DNA of 64,000 nt from Negaprion brevirostris (GCA_030324005.1 JARDVH010000106.1:42622077-42686076); one strand, 5' to 3'. Shown: positions 1-13,494, counted from the stretch's first letter. The notes: generated from the sequence alone by a model not told the origin. Program-made: numbers and translations.

Positions 1-777
1 TGCACTTTGGAAGGAGGAATGGAGGCATAGACTATTTTCTAAATGGGAAAATGCTTAGGAAATCAGAAACACAAAGAGACTTGTGAGTCATTGTTCAAGG
101 TTTTCTTAAGGTTAATGTGCAGGTTCAGTCAGCAGTTAGGAAGGTAAATGCAATGTAAGCTTCATGACAGAAGGGCTAGAATACAAGAGCAGGGATGTAC
201 GTCTGAGTCTGTATAAGGCTCTAGTCAGACCCCATTTGGAGTATTGTGAACAGTTTTGGGCCCCATATCTAAGAAAGAATGTGCTGGCCTTGGAAAGAGT
301 TCAGAGAAGATTCACAAGAATGATCCCTGGAACGAAGAGCTTGTCATATGAGGAACTGCTGAGGACTCTGGATTTGTACTTGATGGAGTTTAAAAGGATG
401 AGGGAGGGATCTTATTGAAACTAACAGGATACTGTGAGGCTTGGATAGCGTGGATGTGGAGAGGAGGTTTCTACTAGTAGGAAAAACCAGAACCAGATGG
501 CACAACCTCAAGTTGAAGGGACGATCTTTTAAAACACAGATGGAGTAATTTGTTCAGCCAGAAGGTGGTGAATCTGTGGAACTCTCCCTCAGAAGGCTGT
601 GAAGGCCAGGTCATTGAGTGCCTTTAAGACAGAGATAGACAGGTTCTGATTAATAAGTGGATCAGGGGTTATGGGGAAAACCAGGAGAATGGGGATGAGA
701 AATATATCAGCCATGATTGAATGGTGAAGCAGACTCGATGGGCCGAGTGGCCTAATTCTGCCCCTATGTCTTATGGA
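1..777 (+). mobile_element. CR1 LINE 3' fragment (RT C-terminal region and 3' UTR)
   Basis: ORF 164-418 LYKALVRPHLEYCEQFWAPYLRK...LERVQRRFTRMIP is the CR1 ORF2 C-terminal signature. Tail cctaattctgcccctatgtcttatg. Confidence 0.92.
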
Positions 778-1103
778 TGGGGAACAGCTGTTCTCCTTAG
801 TTGAAGGGTCTCTCATGAGGGGACATAGGTTCAAGGTGAGGGGTAGGAGGTTTAGGAAATGTGAAGAAAAGCTTTTTTACCCAGGCGGTCTGGAACGCGT
901 TGCCTGGGAGGTAAGTAGAGGCGAGTTGTCTCATATCCTTTAAAAAGTATTTGGATGAACACCTGGCACATCATAACATTCAGGGCTATGGGGCAAATGC
1001 TGGGAGATGGGATTAGGTGGAAGTTCAGGTGTTTCTAACGTGTCAGTGTAGACTTGATGGGCTGAAGGGCCTTTTCTATGCTGTGTGATTCTATGATTCT
1101 ATG
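778..1103 (+). mobile_element. Second CR1-type LINE 3' end
   Basis: gggctgaagggccttttctatgctgt followed by a (tgattcta)n tail. Confidence 0.75.
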
Positions 1104-1407
1104 GACAGTAGATGACTTCCTGCATCCTCTAGTGGATTGATGTGGTAACAATTTTTAAAATTTTAGTAATCATTTTCCTTCTCTATGGATAAATTTTGAA
1201 ATTCATCAATAAATATTTTTGAACACTTATGGCTTTTCTGTGAATATTAAATTGAAATGTTCTATTCATAGTAGAATGTTTTGATGCAGGCAAAGCCTCA
1301 CTGATAATTGATGGCAACAGCAAAGGAGGTTTTCTGAGTTCTAACTCTGCACAATTTGCCCTTGAATTTATAGTCCCAAGTGAACACTGAGATAATTATA
1401 GAAACCT

Positions 1408-1740
1408 GAATCATAAAATCCCTACAGTGCAGAAAGAGGCCTTTGACCCATCGAATCTGCACCAACTGTCTGACAGAGCACATTACCCCAGATCCTATCC
1501 CCGTGACCCCACATATTGATCCCCCTAATTTACGCACCTTGGGACACTAAGGGAATTTAGCATAGTCAATCCACCTAATCTGCACAACTTTGGACTGTGG
1601 GAGGAAACCCGAGCACCAGGAGGAACTCACACAGACACAGGGAAAACATACAAACTTAACACAGGCTACGAGACTGGAATCAAACCCAGGTCCCAGGTAC
1701 TGTGAGGCAGCAATCCTAACCACTGTGCCACCATGCCGCC
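1408..1740 (-). mobile_element. tRNA-derived SINE (shark HE1-like)
   Basis: Minus strand begins ggcggcatggtggcacagtggttag...gggtttgattcc (A/B boxes) and ends in a LINE-like tail with (tgattc) repeats. Confidence 0.85.
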
Positions 1741-1949
1741 AACATTTCCACAGAGGTTCTCTTGACCTCTTGCTGTGGCTTGGCAGGGGTCTCAGGAAAA
1801 CGGTACAAATAAGTCTTTAAACTCATTTTGCCAGAGTTCCTGCCAATCTTCAATTAAAGGTACAGTGAAAAATCATGGAATCACTGAAAGCTCTACCCCT
1901 TGATTTCAACCTAGCTCAGGCTCTTTTGTCAGTAAGACTTTTCAAAAAG

Positions 1950-3365
1950 ATCCCAGAAAGGTACCCTGACTCAAAAGACCATAAAATTTAATGTTGTTTA
2001 TGAAAACATGGAGAAACAGAATCACAGGACAGCTAATTAGGTTTAACAAAAATAAAAAATAAACATGAAAAGTTAGTTTATGACAAAATATTTCTTTGCT
2101 CCCCTCCTTAGCCTAACAAATGCACACAGATTTTAAGATTAACATGGATTACGAAGTACATTTTAAGTTACAATGTGCTCAGTAACACAAATCCCTTTTG
2201 AGCACACAGGATGGTTGTGGTCAAATACATTCTCCACTCTGAGCTCATTTGAATGTGCATAGAACTCTGCTCAAAATCCCCCGCAGAAGATTTTTATATG
2301 AGAGTTTCCAAACTCCACTCCGTAAAAAACTCGCTTTAAAATTATCTTTCAGCAGCTCATTCCAAAATCCAGCCCAGGTTTTCCAAACGACCCTTTTAAA
2401 GAGTCTAAAAAGTTTCTGCTCTACTTTTCAAAAGGAATCCAGCATTCAAGATTTTCAACTTCCCCTTCAGGATTTCTTTGTGTTAACTATTGTACAAACT
2501 GTTCACAATTAGTTTAACTACCAATTACCAGATTCTAAGGAAATGGCATCAATTTTTTTGCTCTGAAATCTACTTTTCCACTTCAAATCTAGTTACTGCA
2601 ACTGTCTCTTTCATTCATAACACTTTTATTCTGAACAATACCTTGGTCTCTGTTCTTTTAGTTTCAATTATCTTGAGATATTCTTTCTGTCCCAATTCCC
2701 TAGTTTTCTAGAACTACTTTCCGTTCTTTGGAAAGTCTGCCTCTTTGCTTCTCCCTTTCATGCTTAGTCTTTCTGCATATTCTGCACTCTCTCCTCTCCT
2801 TCTTGTGTATGGTATGCTTCTTCTATATTGCACACAAGAAACATTACTTTTCACTGTATACTAATACATGTGACAATAATAAATCAAATCAAATCAAAAT
2901 CTTCTCNNNNNNNNNNNNNNNNNNNNNNNNNNNNNNNNNNNNNNNNNNNNNNNNNNNNNNNNNNNNNNNNNNNNNNNNNNNNNNNNNNNNNNNNNNNNNN
3001 NNNNNNAAGAAACATTACTTTTCACTGTATACTAATACATGTGACAATAATAAATCAAAACAAATCAAAATCTTCTCCTGGCAGCGTTCAGATATTCACT
3101 CCCTGGTGTCCTTTTTCAACTGCCAACAAATTCAGCAAAAAACTAAACTAAAAATTCTTTCTCCCTTGAAAGGGCCTTTAGTTGCTAAGCAAAGCCCATA
3201 TGCTTCTGCTGGCTTATTTACTGTTCAAGTCATAAGCTTCTCTAAGAACAACAGAGGCACAGTTGGAATTGAAACCAACCTCCATGCATACAAATATCTC
3301 TGAATTTAGTTGTAGTTTTTACCCTTCCTTACACAGAAACATTAAGTTAAAGCAAACTACATTTG
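1950..3365. mobile_element. Long interspersed repeat, LTR-like, related to 55011-56175
   Basis: Collinear diverged blocks shared with 55011-56175, e.g. aagtttctgct...aaggaatccagca and aaaacatgga...gctaattag. Confidence 0.45.
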
Positions 3366-3374
3366 TTTCCCTTG

Positions 3375-3726
3375 CAATTGAAATTATACAATTCTTAGAG
3401 GGCTTGACAAGGTAAATATAGAAAAGCTATTTCCCCTGTTTGGTGAGTCCTGGACACAGAACATGGGTCAATCATTTAGGATTATGATGGAAAACATTCT
3501 TGACTCAGAGGGTTGTGAACCTTTGCAAGTCTCTATCTCAGAGTATTAGGGTTCTCAGTCATTGATCATACTTGAGATTCAACATTTTGGACACTAAGGG
3601 AATCAAAGGATAAAAGGGTAGAATGGAAAAATGGAGTTGAGGAAGGTCAGTTATGACCTTATTTAATACTAAAAAAGGTTTTAAAAAAAACTATATTGCT
3701 CAATCCTACTCCTGTTTCTTATGTTC
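3375..3726 (+). mobile_element. CR1 3' fragment
   Basis: actcagagggttgtgaacctt... and tail cctactcctgtttcttatgttct. Confidence 0.7.
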
Positions 3727-5116
3727 TGCATAAACATTCCAATTGGCCTACACAAAATATAACTGTGCTCATTGATGTTACTCTATTAATCATCTTTTTC
3801 TAAAAGGGAGATTAATAAAAGAATAAATGATATGTAATATATACTGTCACCTGTTATTGTTGTATAGGTAAAGTTCTAATGTTTCATCACGTCTTGCAGT
3901 GGTTACAGCCAAATACTTTTCTAAACCTCAGTTTCCTGTCCACGTGAGGACTGAACTTATTTATTTTTAAATTTCCTTTGCTTATTTTTTTGACTGTCGA
4001 GCTCTTTAAAGCACCTTTTCAAAAAAGCTGGACTAGGATATACAAATCCTTTGCTGCGCTCCTGCCATAATGGTGGCAGAAATATAAAGGTTGTCCTGGG
4101 AAATATACTAGGACTTAGATAAGTTGGGTCTTGGTTTTGTTTGCCATTTCTGGGATACCGCCTCTGGTACAGGTTGAAGACAAGAATCAAAGTTCTGCTT
4201 TCTAGAAAAATTAGACACNNNNNNNNNNNNNNNNNNNNNNNNNNNNNNNNNNNNNNNNNNNNNNNNNNNNNNNNNNNNNNNNNNNNNNNNNNNNNNNNNN
4301 NNNNNNNNNNNNNNNNNNNNNNNNNNNNNNNNNNNNNNNNNNNNNNNNNNNNNNNNNNNNNNNNNNNNNNNNNNNNNNNNNNNNNNNNNNNNNNNNNNNN
4401 NNNNNNNNNNNNNNNNNNNNNNNNNNNNNNNNNNNNNNNNNNNNNNNNNNNNNNNNNNNNNNNNNNNNNNNNNNNNNNNNNNNNNNNNNNNNNNNNNNNN
4501 NNNNNNNNNNNNNNNNNNNNNNAAGGTTAGGTTATGGTTAAGACTAAGCTGAGGGTGTGATTCTCTTACACCCTTTTCTATCCGCATCTCGGTTGCCGGT
4601 GAGTCTTGTCTGCAGTCTTCTTCACTGCGGGTCATGCTGGTTCTTTACCGGGGGTGGCGTCCGTATGTATCCTTATCCCCCTCTTCGTGCCCTTCCAGAA
4701 GGTCGGCTTTCAGCCAATGAGGTTATCGGATGGGGTTGCAGCAGTCAGTGAGGTTGTAAATTCCTTATTTGGAGGATGCTCGATACATCCTGGGCGTCCA
4801 TCACCAAGAATACATATTTCATGTAGCCCCCTCCAAATAAGGTTGTGGCAGGATCTGTAGGTACCATAGAGTCCAGTCAAAACCAGGGATTACACAACTG
4901 TCTGCCAAATATGATCAGCATCAAATCCTTCCGATCTCTGTTGCTGGGGCATGCCCAGGCTTGCCCTGACCTGTATTGCTTTTGGCCTTGGCCTGTCCAG
5001 GTTCCCAGCCATGCTTGCAATTTGCTTCAGCAATTTACTTTAGAGTGTCCAATTGTCCATTGGGCCTACGGTGAAGGCCATTATCCATCTTATGCAAAAA
5101 GGCAGATTTTTTAAAA

Positions 5117-5512
5117 TTCATTCATGGGATACAGGCATCGCTGACTGGCCAACACTTATTGCCCATCCCTAGTTGCCCTTGAGAAGGTGGTGGTGAGCTG
5201 CTTTCTTGACAACTAAGTGATTTGCTAGGTCGATTCAGAGGGCAATTGAGAGTCAACCACATTGCTGTAGCTCTGGAGTCACATTTAGGCCAGACCAGAG
5301 AAGGATGGTAGATTTCCTTCCCTAAGGGACATTGGTGAACCAGATGGATTCTTACAACAATCGACAATGGCTTCACGGCCATCAGTTGATTCTTAATTCC
5401 ACATTTTTTTTATTGAATTCAAATTCCACCATCTGCCATGATGGGATTCAAACCCAAGTCCCCACAATATTAGCTGAGATTCTGGATTAATAGTGTAGCA
5501 ATAATACCACTA
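5117..5512 (-). mobile_element. SINE with LINE-derived tail (SacSINE/DeuSINE-like)
   Basis: Same family as 13495-13820 and 35270-35570: tRNA-like head, ccttaggaaggaaatct core, gggcaataa...catcccatgaatgaat tail. Confidence 0.75.
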
Positions 5513-5780
5513 AGCAGCCCCGCCTCCCTTGTTTCCAGTTGTATAAGAGACCAAGATGAAATGTAAGAATTTTAGATCAGTGCGGGTGATAGACATATTC
5601 ACACATAAAATTGTGAAAGTCTCATGCGGGTCTTGTGCTAAAGCACACACAAGGTCAGTGTTCAAGATGAAATTGAATAGGTGGATAAAGAAAAAGTTGG
5701 ATTTAAGGGACGTGGGAACAGGGTGGGTAAATGTCATTGGAACTATTATCTCACATAGAGTAACCATTGACACAAATTTG

Positions 5781-6066
5781 GGGCAGCACAGTGGTTAGTA
5801 CTGCTGCCTCACAGCGCCAGGGAGCTGGGTTTGATTCTCGGCTTGGGTCACTGTCTACACAGAGTCTGCACATTCTCCCATGTCTGCGTGAGTTTCCTCT
5901 GGGTACTCTGGTTTCCTCCCACAATCTGAAAAAAGTGCTGGTTAGTTGCAATGACAATGCTAAATTCTCCTTCAGTGTACCTGAACAGGCGCCAGAATGT
6001 GGTGACTATGGGATTGTCACAGTAACTTCATTGCAGTGTGACCAATAAATAAACTTTAGACTTTAG
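5781..6066 (+). mobile_element. tRNA-derived SINE
   Basis: ggcagcacagtggttagtactgctgcctcacagcgccagg...gggtttgattctcgg head and aataaataaactt tail. Confidence 0.85.
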
Positions 6067-6369
6067 TTGGGGTGAATATCCTTTGCGTGTATTGTAACTT
6101 CTGTATTTTTCTGCGCATTTATTTTTATTAAGTAATGAAGCAACTGTTCATAGAGCTGTCACATGCTACATGGTGAACTGTAGCCTCTTAAATAAATATA
6201 GCTTCCTAACCTACTGTACAGATTTCCCTCCATAGTCATCGGCTGGACTTAATGTGGAGGCATTGGCCCCCTCTGATGGCTAGATATTAGGAAGAGCTAG
6301 CCTCCTCCAATCCTGGAAGCCAGCACTATTCTATATTATGTGGTACAGCCAATTAGTTGCATGCAGTTC

Positions 6370-7215
6370 AAGGAAAGGAGGAGACTGGAAGCAGGTAACT
6401 ACAGGCTAGTTTAACATCTATCATAGGGAAATTGCAGGAATCTGTTAATGAGGAGGTTATAGTGGGTCACTTAGAAAATCTCAATGCAGTTAAACAAAGT
6501 CAACATGATTGTGTGAAAGGAAAACAAAGGTTACAATGGAAAATAAAAGCTCATGGCAGAGAGAGTAGCATATTAAGATGAACAGACGAATGGTTAACTA
6601 ACAGGAAATAGTAAGGAGAAATGGATCTTTTAGAGATTGGCAATAGTAGAATGTCACTGGGATCAACTATTTACAACTTATATCAACGACTGTTTGTGAG
6701 GCCACATCTAGAGGACTGTTTACTGTTTTTACTTTTTATCTAAGAAAGGATATAAGTGCAATGGAAACAGTTCAGAGAAGATTCACTTGTCTCATACTTT
6801 AGATAGGGTGCTGTCTCATAAGGAAAGTCTCTGCCTGTATCCATTGGCATTTAGAAGATTTAGAGGTGATTTTACTGAAACTGAGGAAACTTGACAAAGT
6901 GGATGCTGAAAGAACACTTTCCCAGTGAGAAAATCTAAAACTAGGAGACACAATTTAAGAAGTAAGTGGCCTCCATTTAAATTGGAGATGAGAAGAACGC
7001 TTTTCTCCCAGAGGATTGTGAATCTCCAGATGGAGGTAGGTTAATTAATCATTTTAAGGCAGAGGTAGATAATATCTTCACTAACAAGGGGGTCAAAGAT
7101 TATCAAACATAGGATGAATCTGGAGTTGAGGCCACAATCAGATCAATCATAATCTTATTGAATAGCAGAGTAGGTTGGAGAGGCCAAATGGCCTACTGCT
7201 GCTCCTCTATGTTTG
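6370..7215 (+). mobile_element. Degraded CR1 LINE (RT remnants and 3' end)
   Basis: NYRxxSLTS-like and RPHLE-like remnants; tail ggccaaatggcctactgctgctcct. Confidence 0.75.
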
Positions 7216-7254
7216 TATACTCAACACATCAGACTGGTCAATTCCCATCTTCCT

Positions 7255-7500
7255 AGGCAGTATCCATATGCCAATAATGCCATGTCATTAATAAACCATT
7301 TGGGTGCTTAAGCAACAATTCTGCTACCTGAATAACCGGAAGAATCCTGAAGCACATGATTTATGTGGTGTGCTGCATCTTGCACAACTTGACCATCATG
7401 AAGGTCCAGAACTTGCCTCCAAGTATGTAGCAAACAGCTGAGAAAGAGAAAGGAGGAGATGAAGAAGAACAAAGGTGGAACACATATCTTTCTGACTGAG
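7255..7500 (+). mobile_element. PIF/Harbinger transposase C-terminal remnant
   Basis: Frameshifted translation TIWVLKQQFCYL...VVCCILHNLTIMK plus an acidic stretch, matching the HARBI1-type C-terminal motifs. Confidence 0.65.
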
Positions 7501-7619
7501 TTTTCTGAAATCTGTTCATCTCGCTATGAAACATATGAATACAATCCTGATTCCTACATTTTACCATTCCCTGTAATAAACCATTGCAGCATCTCTGAAA
7601 TATAATGCTTTTTAAAATT

Positions 7620-8030
7620 TCTTTCTCGTGGTGTGGGCGTTGCTGGTTAGGGGAGCATTTGTTTCCCATCACAAATTGCCATTGAGATGGTGGTGATGAG
7701 CCGCTGCCTTGAACCACTGCAGTCCTTGTGATGTAGGTACATCCACAGTGCTATTAGGGACTGAGTTCCAGGATTTTGACCCTGCAACANNNNNNNNNNN
7801 NNNNNNNNNNNNNNNNNNNNNNNNNNNNNNNNNNNNNNNNNNNNNNNNNNNNNNNNNNNNNNNNNNNNNNNNNNNNNNNNNNNNNNNNNGTACATCCACA
7901 GTGCTATTAGGGAATGAGTTCCAGGATTTTGACCCTGCAACAGTGAGGGAACAGCGATATAGTTCCAAGTGAAGATGGTGTGTGGTTTAGAGGAGCCTTG
8001 GTGGGTTGCTGCAGTGCATCTTGTGTACAT
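7620..8030 (-). mobile_element. LINE 3' fragment (tail shared with the SacSINE-like SINEs)
   Basis: Minus frame GSKSWNSLPNSTVDVPT-type C-terminus and gcggctcatcaccaccatctc tail. Confidence 0.7.
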
Positions 8031-8099
8031 ACTGCAAAGCTGAAATGAAAGCCACCACAGATCAAGCATTCTGACCAACTGTATCAAATAAATCATCAA

Positions 8100-10140
8100 A
8101 TGTTCAAGACAAAAGTCAACTAATTGCCCTCGTTCATTCCCTTAGTGCCTGTCTTCTATGTGCTTTTGCTTTGCCTATGCAGTACTACCCCAATGGCTGG
8201 GAAAGCTGCTAATTTTCATTCTACATGCAGAATGATCTTGAGTAGCTCTAGTATATAGTGATAATATGAGTTGTCCCAGAATGTCCGAATTTGGACTGCA
8301 CCACCTAGGCATGGATGGCAACAGTCTGGGCTTGCCAACAGACAACCAACATTCAGCAAGAGCACACAGGGAGTGACGCTGTTGGGAACCCGAATGTAGC
8401 CTGAGAGAGGACAACAGATTTATTCTCCACGCAGTCAGCGGTCTGTAATGCTAATAGTTTAACAGAGTGCAGATTGCTGGACTTCTGTGAGATTCAGAAC
8501 ACATCTCTTAGAACACAAATATCTACAATCACAATGGCTGCAAGGCAGCCGGTAAGTGTTATTTGCATGATTTTCAGTCTGAACTTCCACTGCAGCACAC
8601 TAACATTGGGTAGCTTCTGCTGGTGAGGCAATGGAAGTTGAGTAATTGGGTTTCAGATGCTGCAGAATGTTTGAGTCTACATGTGTTCTCACGGAGTTGA
8701 CCACCAGTTCACATTGGAAAGGATGGACTCTTAAGCTCTGCACAAAACCCAGTACAAGGTTGGTTCCAGACACATCCTTGCCCTGGGCAATGACAACGGG
8801 TCTGCCTTGCACCAAGTATTTCTGTGTGCTTACCCATCAACATTTTTCTCAATGCTTCCCAATTGAACTAATCATCTGAACACATTACAGCAGAACTCAT
8901 GTGTCACCTTGCTTTCTTATGAGCTAGCAGTTGCCCTACCCTTGCCCCTGCCCTGACAACAGCTCATTCATGCCCAGTGTCTCACTACATGCAGATTCTC
9001 CTCACTACATTACTTTCTAAAGTATACACAGTGTTACTGGATGAATTAGAATGAGCAATGCTGTTACGTCATCATCAGTCTGTTCCTCTCTTATCAATTC
9101 TTACCCTGCCCCACTGCCCAGTTAGTTTGCTTGAGTATCTGAAAGGAAAATGGGCACAAGAATAGGTAGTGTTGAAAGTAGGAAGTAAGAAACGCATGAT
9201 TCGACCAAGTGTAGCTTGTTAATTAAAAGAGATGGATGAAGGGAGCAGTGGGATGTGTCAAGGTAGGTCAGTGGTTTCAGCACCGCCACTAGTTATGGCT
9301 GCTTAAAACATGGTGAATACCTCTCCGCCATCACTGTGAGGACATTCAGCCATCTCGCACTGGGTTAGTTCCTGTTCCTTCCAGTTGGGCATCAACTGGC
9401 ATGCAAGAGAAAGGGAATTGTGTCACCAAGTGCAGTTCAAATTATCTGGGTGATGTGGTCACTGTACATGAAGAGCTGGTTGTCTATGTAAGGTGTGTCG
9501 TGAGTGTGGTGTGTGGGTGTGAAACTTGCAGCAGTGATAAGCTTGATGTGAAGCAAGAAGNNNNNNNNNNNNNNNNNNNNNNNNNNNNNNNNNNNNNNNN
9601 NNNNNNNNNNNNNNNNNNNNNNNNNNNNNNNNNNNNNNNNNNNNNNNNNNNNNNNNNNNNATGTGAAGCAAGAAGTGTGAAGCCCGAGTTGTAGTTCATG
9701 GAGACAGTTGGTAGTGAGTGAAGCGGATGTGGTGCATTGTGCAGAGTGAGGTTAGGGCTTCATTTGTGAGAGACATGATCTTTGAAAATACCACTGATCT
9801 TGACCACTCGTAAGACGTCACTAAATTTCATTTGACACTGCCTACAGATTCTCAGAGTTACACTGCAGACATTGACTTTGACAGCTATCTGCTCCCTTTG
9901 CCTGCTCAAGGTTAGTCTTGAGGGTTGCCTGTGGCTAGATTCTCTTTCTCTCTTCTTGTCTACCTCCTGAACCAAGGACTCCTGTGCTGACTCTGAAGCT
10001 TGGAACATGCTCTCTGCTGTGCTACACCACCAGTTAGTTAGGTCGCCATTCATCCAATTTTGTATCAGACAATCCAGCTTTCTGTTGGTCAGCCTCTGTT
10101 CCAGCACCAGATGGTCTTATATCTGGAATTTTGAATGTGG
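8100..10140 (-). mobile_element. Harbinger-type Myb/SANT-like partner gene remnant
   Basis: ORF 9760-10107 LVQEVDKKR...REQIAVKVNVCSVTLRICRQCQMKFSD resembles the Myb/SANT-like domain. It is convergent with the transposase remnant at 7255-7500. Confidence 0.6.
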
Positions 10141-10478
10141 GAATGTCCACTCAGAGACAACTCCAATAGGATTTTTATTTGTGGGCATTCAATGAGCAAT
10201 ATAAATAATTTTAAATGACATTGATATTAACCAATTATAGGCTGGGCGGTTCCAAATGTTCAACCACCAGCTNNNNNNNNNNNNNNNNNNNNNNNNNNNN
10301 NNNNNNNNNNNNNNNNNNNNNNNNNNNNNNNNNNNNNNNNNNNNNNNNNNNNNNNNNNNNNNNNNNNNNNNNNNNNNNNNNNNNNNNNNNNNNNNNNNNN
10401 NNNNNNNNNNNNNNNNNNNNNNNNNNNNNNNNNNNNNNNNNNNNNNNNNNNNNNNNNNNNNNNNNNNNNNNNNNNNNN

Positions 10479-10605
10479 ACCCGTCTAACCTCCCTCTCAT
10501 ACCGTCTACAGTCCTTCCCTACCCGGGAGCTAATCTCCTCGGTCTCAGTCTCCTCATCTCTGTTCCCTCCCCCCAACCTTTCTAGTTTAAAGTCCCCCCA
10601 GTAGT
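10479..10605 (-). mobile_element. CR1 fragment from the ORF1/ORF2 junction region
   Basis: Minus strand ggggactttaaactagaaaggttggggggagggaac, similar in organisation to 51940-51965 in the long CR1. Confidence 0.5.
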
Positions 10606-11272
10606 GACACTAATAAATAAAACTTCAAAATAAAACTTCAATGAATCTTCATTTTCCCTTTTGGTGCTCAATCCATACCCAGGTGCACATTGATTTGCTT
10701 TTCATTGAGCAAAACAAGACCTTTTATTCTCTTTTGAATAAAAATCTAATAGTTTAATGATGAAACAGAATCTGGTTTAAAACCTAAGCTTTAAGCTCCT
10801 AATCATCATTGACTGTATTTCATGGGGAATGTCCTGTATGCTTAAGTTTCATCAATGACCATTCTATTAGTCAGTCTTCCCAAGCTGTTTCTATTGCTCT
10901 TTCTACACTAAGTGCATCTCCCCTTTTAATAGTGTGAGCTAACTTTTTAAATGGTGCTAACCTCACAGGAGGTTGGGTCTTGAGATGAGGCACTGAACAG
11001 CATGTTGTGGCCAAGCAGGCCATCTAAAATGGTGATTTGCAAAGCACTGTGGGACAATTGGGCAAAATTAAAACGACAGGCTGCAACCTAAAGACAGAGA
11101 CAAACAGACTGCAGCCCTGACGAGTGAATAAACGGGATATGGGTCATCTCCAGGAAAAAAGAGACTTTCTGGTCATACTGCATTTTTACCAGACATAAGG
11201 ATGCCATGGCCCCTTGTTTGGGGGGAAGGTGTGAACTCTATGTGTCTCCAGCATCTACAGGGATGGCCATTG

Positions 11273-11995
11273 GGTACACAGTAAGAAGTCTCACAACACC
11301 AGGTTAAAGTCCAACAGGTTTTTTTGCTAGCAAATGCCACTAGCTTTCGGACCATTGCTCCTTCGTCAGGCGAGTGGGAGTTCTGATCACAAACAGAGCG
11401 TATAAAGACACAAACTCAATTTACATAAATAATGATTGGAATGCGAGTCTTTATAGCTAATCAAGTCTTAAAAGGACAGACAATGTGAGTGGAGAGACCT
11501 TTAAACACAGGTTAAAGAGATGTGTATTGTCTCCAGACAGGACAGTTAGTGAGATCTTGCAAGTCCAGGCAAGTCGTAGGGGTTACAGATAGTGTGACAT
11601 GAACCCAAGATCCCGGTTGAGGCCATCCTCATGTATGCAGAGCTTGGCTATCAGTCTCTGCTCAGCGACTCTGCGCTGTCGTGTGCCGCCTTGAAAAAAG
11701 AATGCTTACCGGAAAATCAGAAGCCGAATGCCCGTGACTGCTGAAGCGTTCCCCAACAGGAAGAGACCAGGAACAAGATGTCTACACACAGTTATTTGTC
11801 CACCATATCAGGAGTAAAACAGATTGTGTGTCAGGCACAACAATGTCTATTGCTGGGCTGCATGTACTATCATGCCTGGTGATTGTCGAGCGGTGTTCAT
11901 TCACCCGTTGTCATACTGTCTGCATGGTCTCCAATGTACCATGCCTCAGGACATCCTTTCCTGCAGCGTATGAATGAGGATGAATGAGATCAACG
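11273..11995 (-). mobile_element. Penelope-like element 3' fragment (GIY-YIG remnant and pLTR)
   Basis: Homologous to 33895-34720. Minus strand carries GHSASDFPVSIL/AEQRLIAK-type endonuclease remnants and the pLTR ...ctggtgttgtgagacttcttac. Confidence 0.85.
11338..11372 (-). ncRNA. Minimal hammerhead ribozyme motif (one stem II mismatch)
   Basis: CGC CUGACGA A GGAGC AAU GGUCC GAA AGCU A GUG. Confidence 0.6.
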
Positions 11996-13494
11996 CACAG
12001 ATAAAGGCCAATATCTGTTTGTGTACTTGCCAGTCACGCAAAGTTAAGGTCTTATATTGGACTTGAACTCTAGTATTCTTTGTAAGATAATTTATTGTTG
12101 GTTGGATGGATGGGTGATTATTGACTGTGTGTCTTAAATGAATATTGGTCGTACTAACAAGATGTCTACTCACGGTTATTTGTCCACCGTATCAGGATTA
12201 GAACAGATTGTATGTCAGGCACAACAATGTCTATTGCTGGGCTGCATGTACTATCATTTAAATTAGTTGCCAGCATCACAGGTAATGGTTGTGAGTGAAT
12301 TGCAATGCACCTTTTTGAGCCATATTCAACATTGCCCCAAAGTATGTTGAGTAAGAGAAACAGAAAAATCTCAATTTCTTGGGGCAGTGTCACAACTGAT
12401 GCATTAATAAAAGCAGGAGTGTCAAATTGATGATGGCAGCTGCAACTCACAGACAAGGCAAAACAATGCAACCACTCTGTTCATCTGTAAAAGGATACAT
12501 TTTTAAAATAGGACCATTGCTATTGCGATACCACATGATATCCCAAATTAGTGAGCTCTGCACATTTACCTGAAATGTGTAAATATGCCATTGTTCTTGT
12601 CATTGCCTGTCAGCCAGCTGACTGATCATGGCACATTAGTACAATCCCAACCCAGGCCCAATCTTCTCGGCCCAGAGCTGTATTGGGTCCACCTGTCATC
12701 TTCTCCTGTCTAAGTCAGTAATCTTCTATAGGCCAGACTACAGTCTCTGGAGTAGTACAATGTGGGCAAAGTTTGAACCACCAATCTATCACCGGCTCTA
12801 CTGGCTAACAACCAACACCACACCCTTACTGTGGGAGAGCCTCTAAGGCCAAGGACTGCACACCCATAGCCAACAATAACATTTCACTTAGGCTCAATCT
12901 CTGGCAAGGAAGAATTACCCTCCAAACAATGGAATGCTGATAGTGAGCACTGTGTGGGAGAAATCAGACAGCCAGAATATAGGCACAAAGGGTGATTAGC
13001 TCAATCATGTATGGAATATTATCGGATTGATTTGGAAGGGTTGTTTGCTGTATTCTGATGGCAAAGTCATTTCTGTCTTAATGACCAGGTTGTGCAGGAT
13101 TCAACAGACCATGATGCCTCATGACATACATGCTGGACAGTAACACCTTGCAAATTGCCTCAGGGAGCTTGGAAGATCCTAATTATCAATCCTTGTTGTT
13201 TTTCTACAAATGTTGCCTGACCTGCTGGGTATTTTCCAGCATTTTTTGTTTTTACAACATGGAAGATGTTCATTGCCATGAACAATCACAGCGCTGTCTT
13301 CGTTCTGCTCAAGTCCGCCCATGAGCGCTGGCATATTTCTAAGACCTTGTCTGGGATTTTCTGGTCCTGCCCAAGGCTCTCAGAAGACCACAAGGTGGAT
13401 AAGGCCTCCTGCAGTGAGTGAACCCTTCTCACCTTCCTCTTTCCTCTTCCAGCAGCTTGTCACTACTCCTTTGTGTCATCTCTGTTAATTCAGG

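Noticed and set aside
1690-1740. tRNA-like sequences here and at other SINE heads
   Set aside because: A/B boxes continue into SINE bodies and no complete cloverleaf is evident.
4524-5105. GC-richer block next to a gap, possibly retroviral internal sequence
   Set aside because: No gag, pol or env motif could be recognised.
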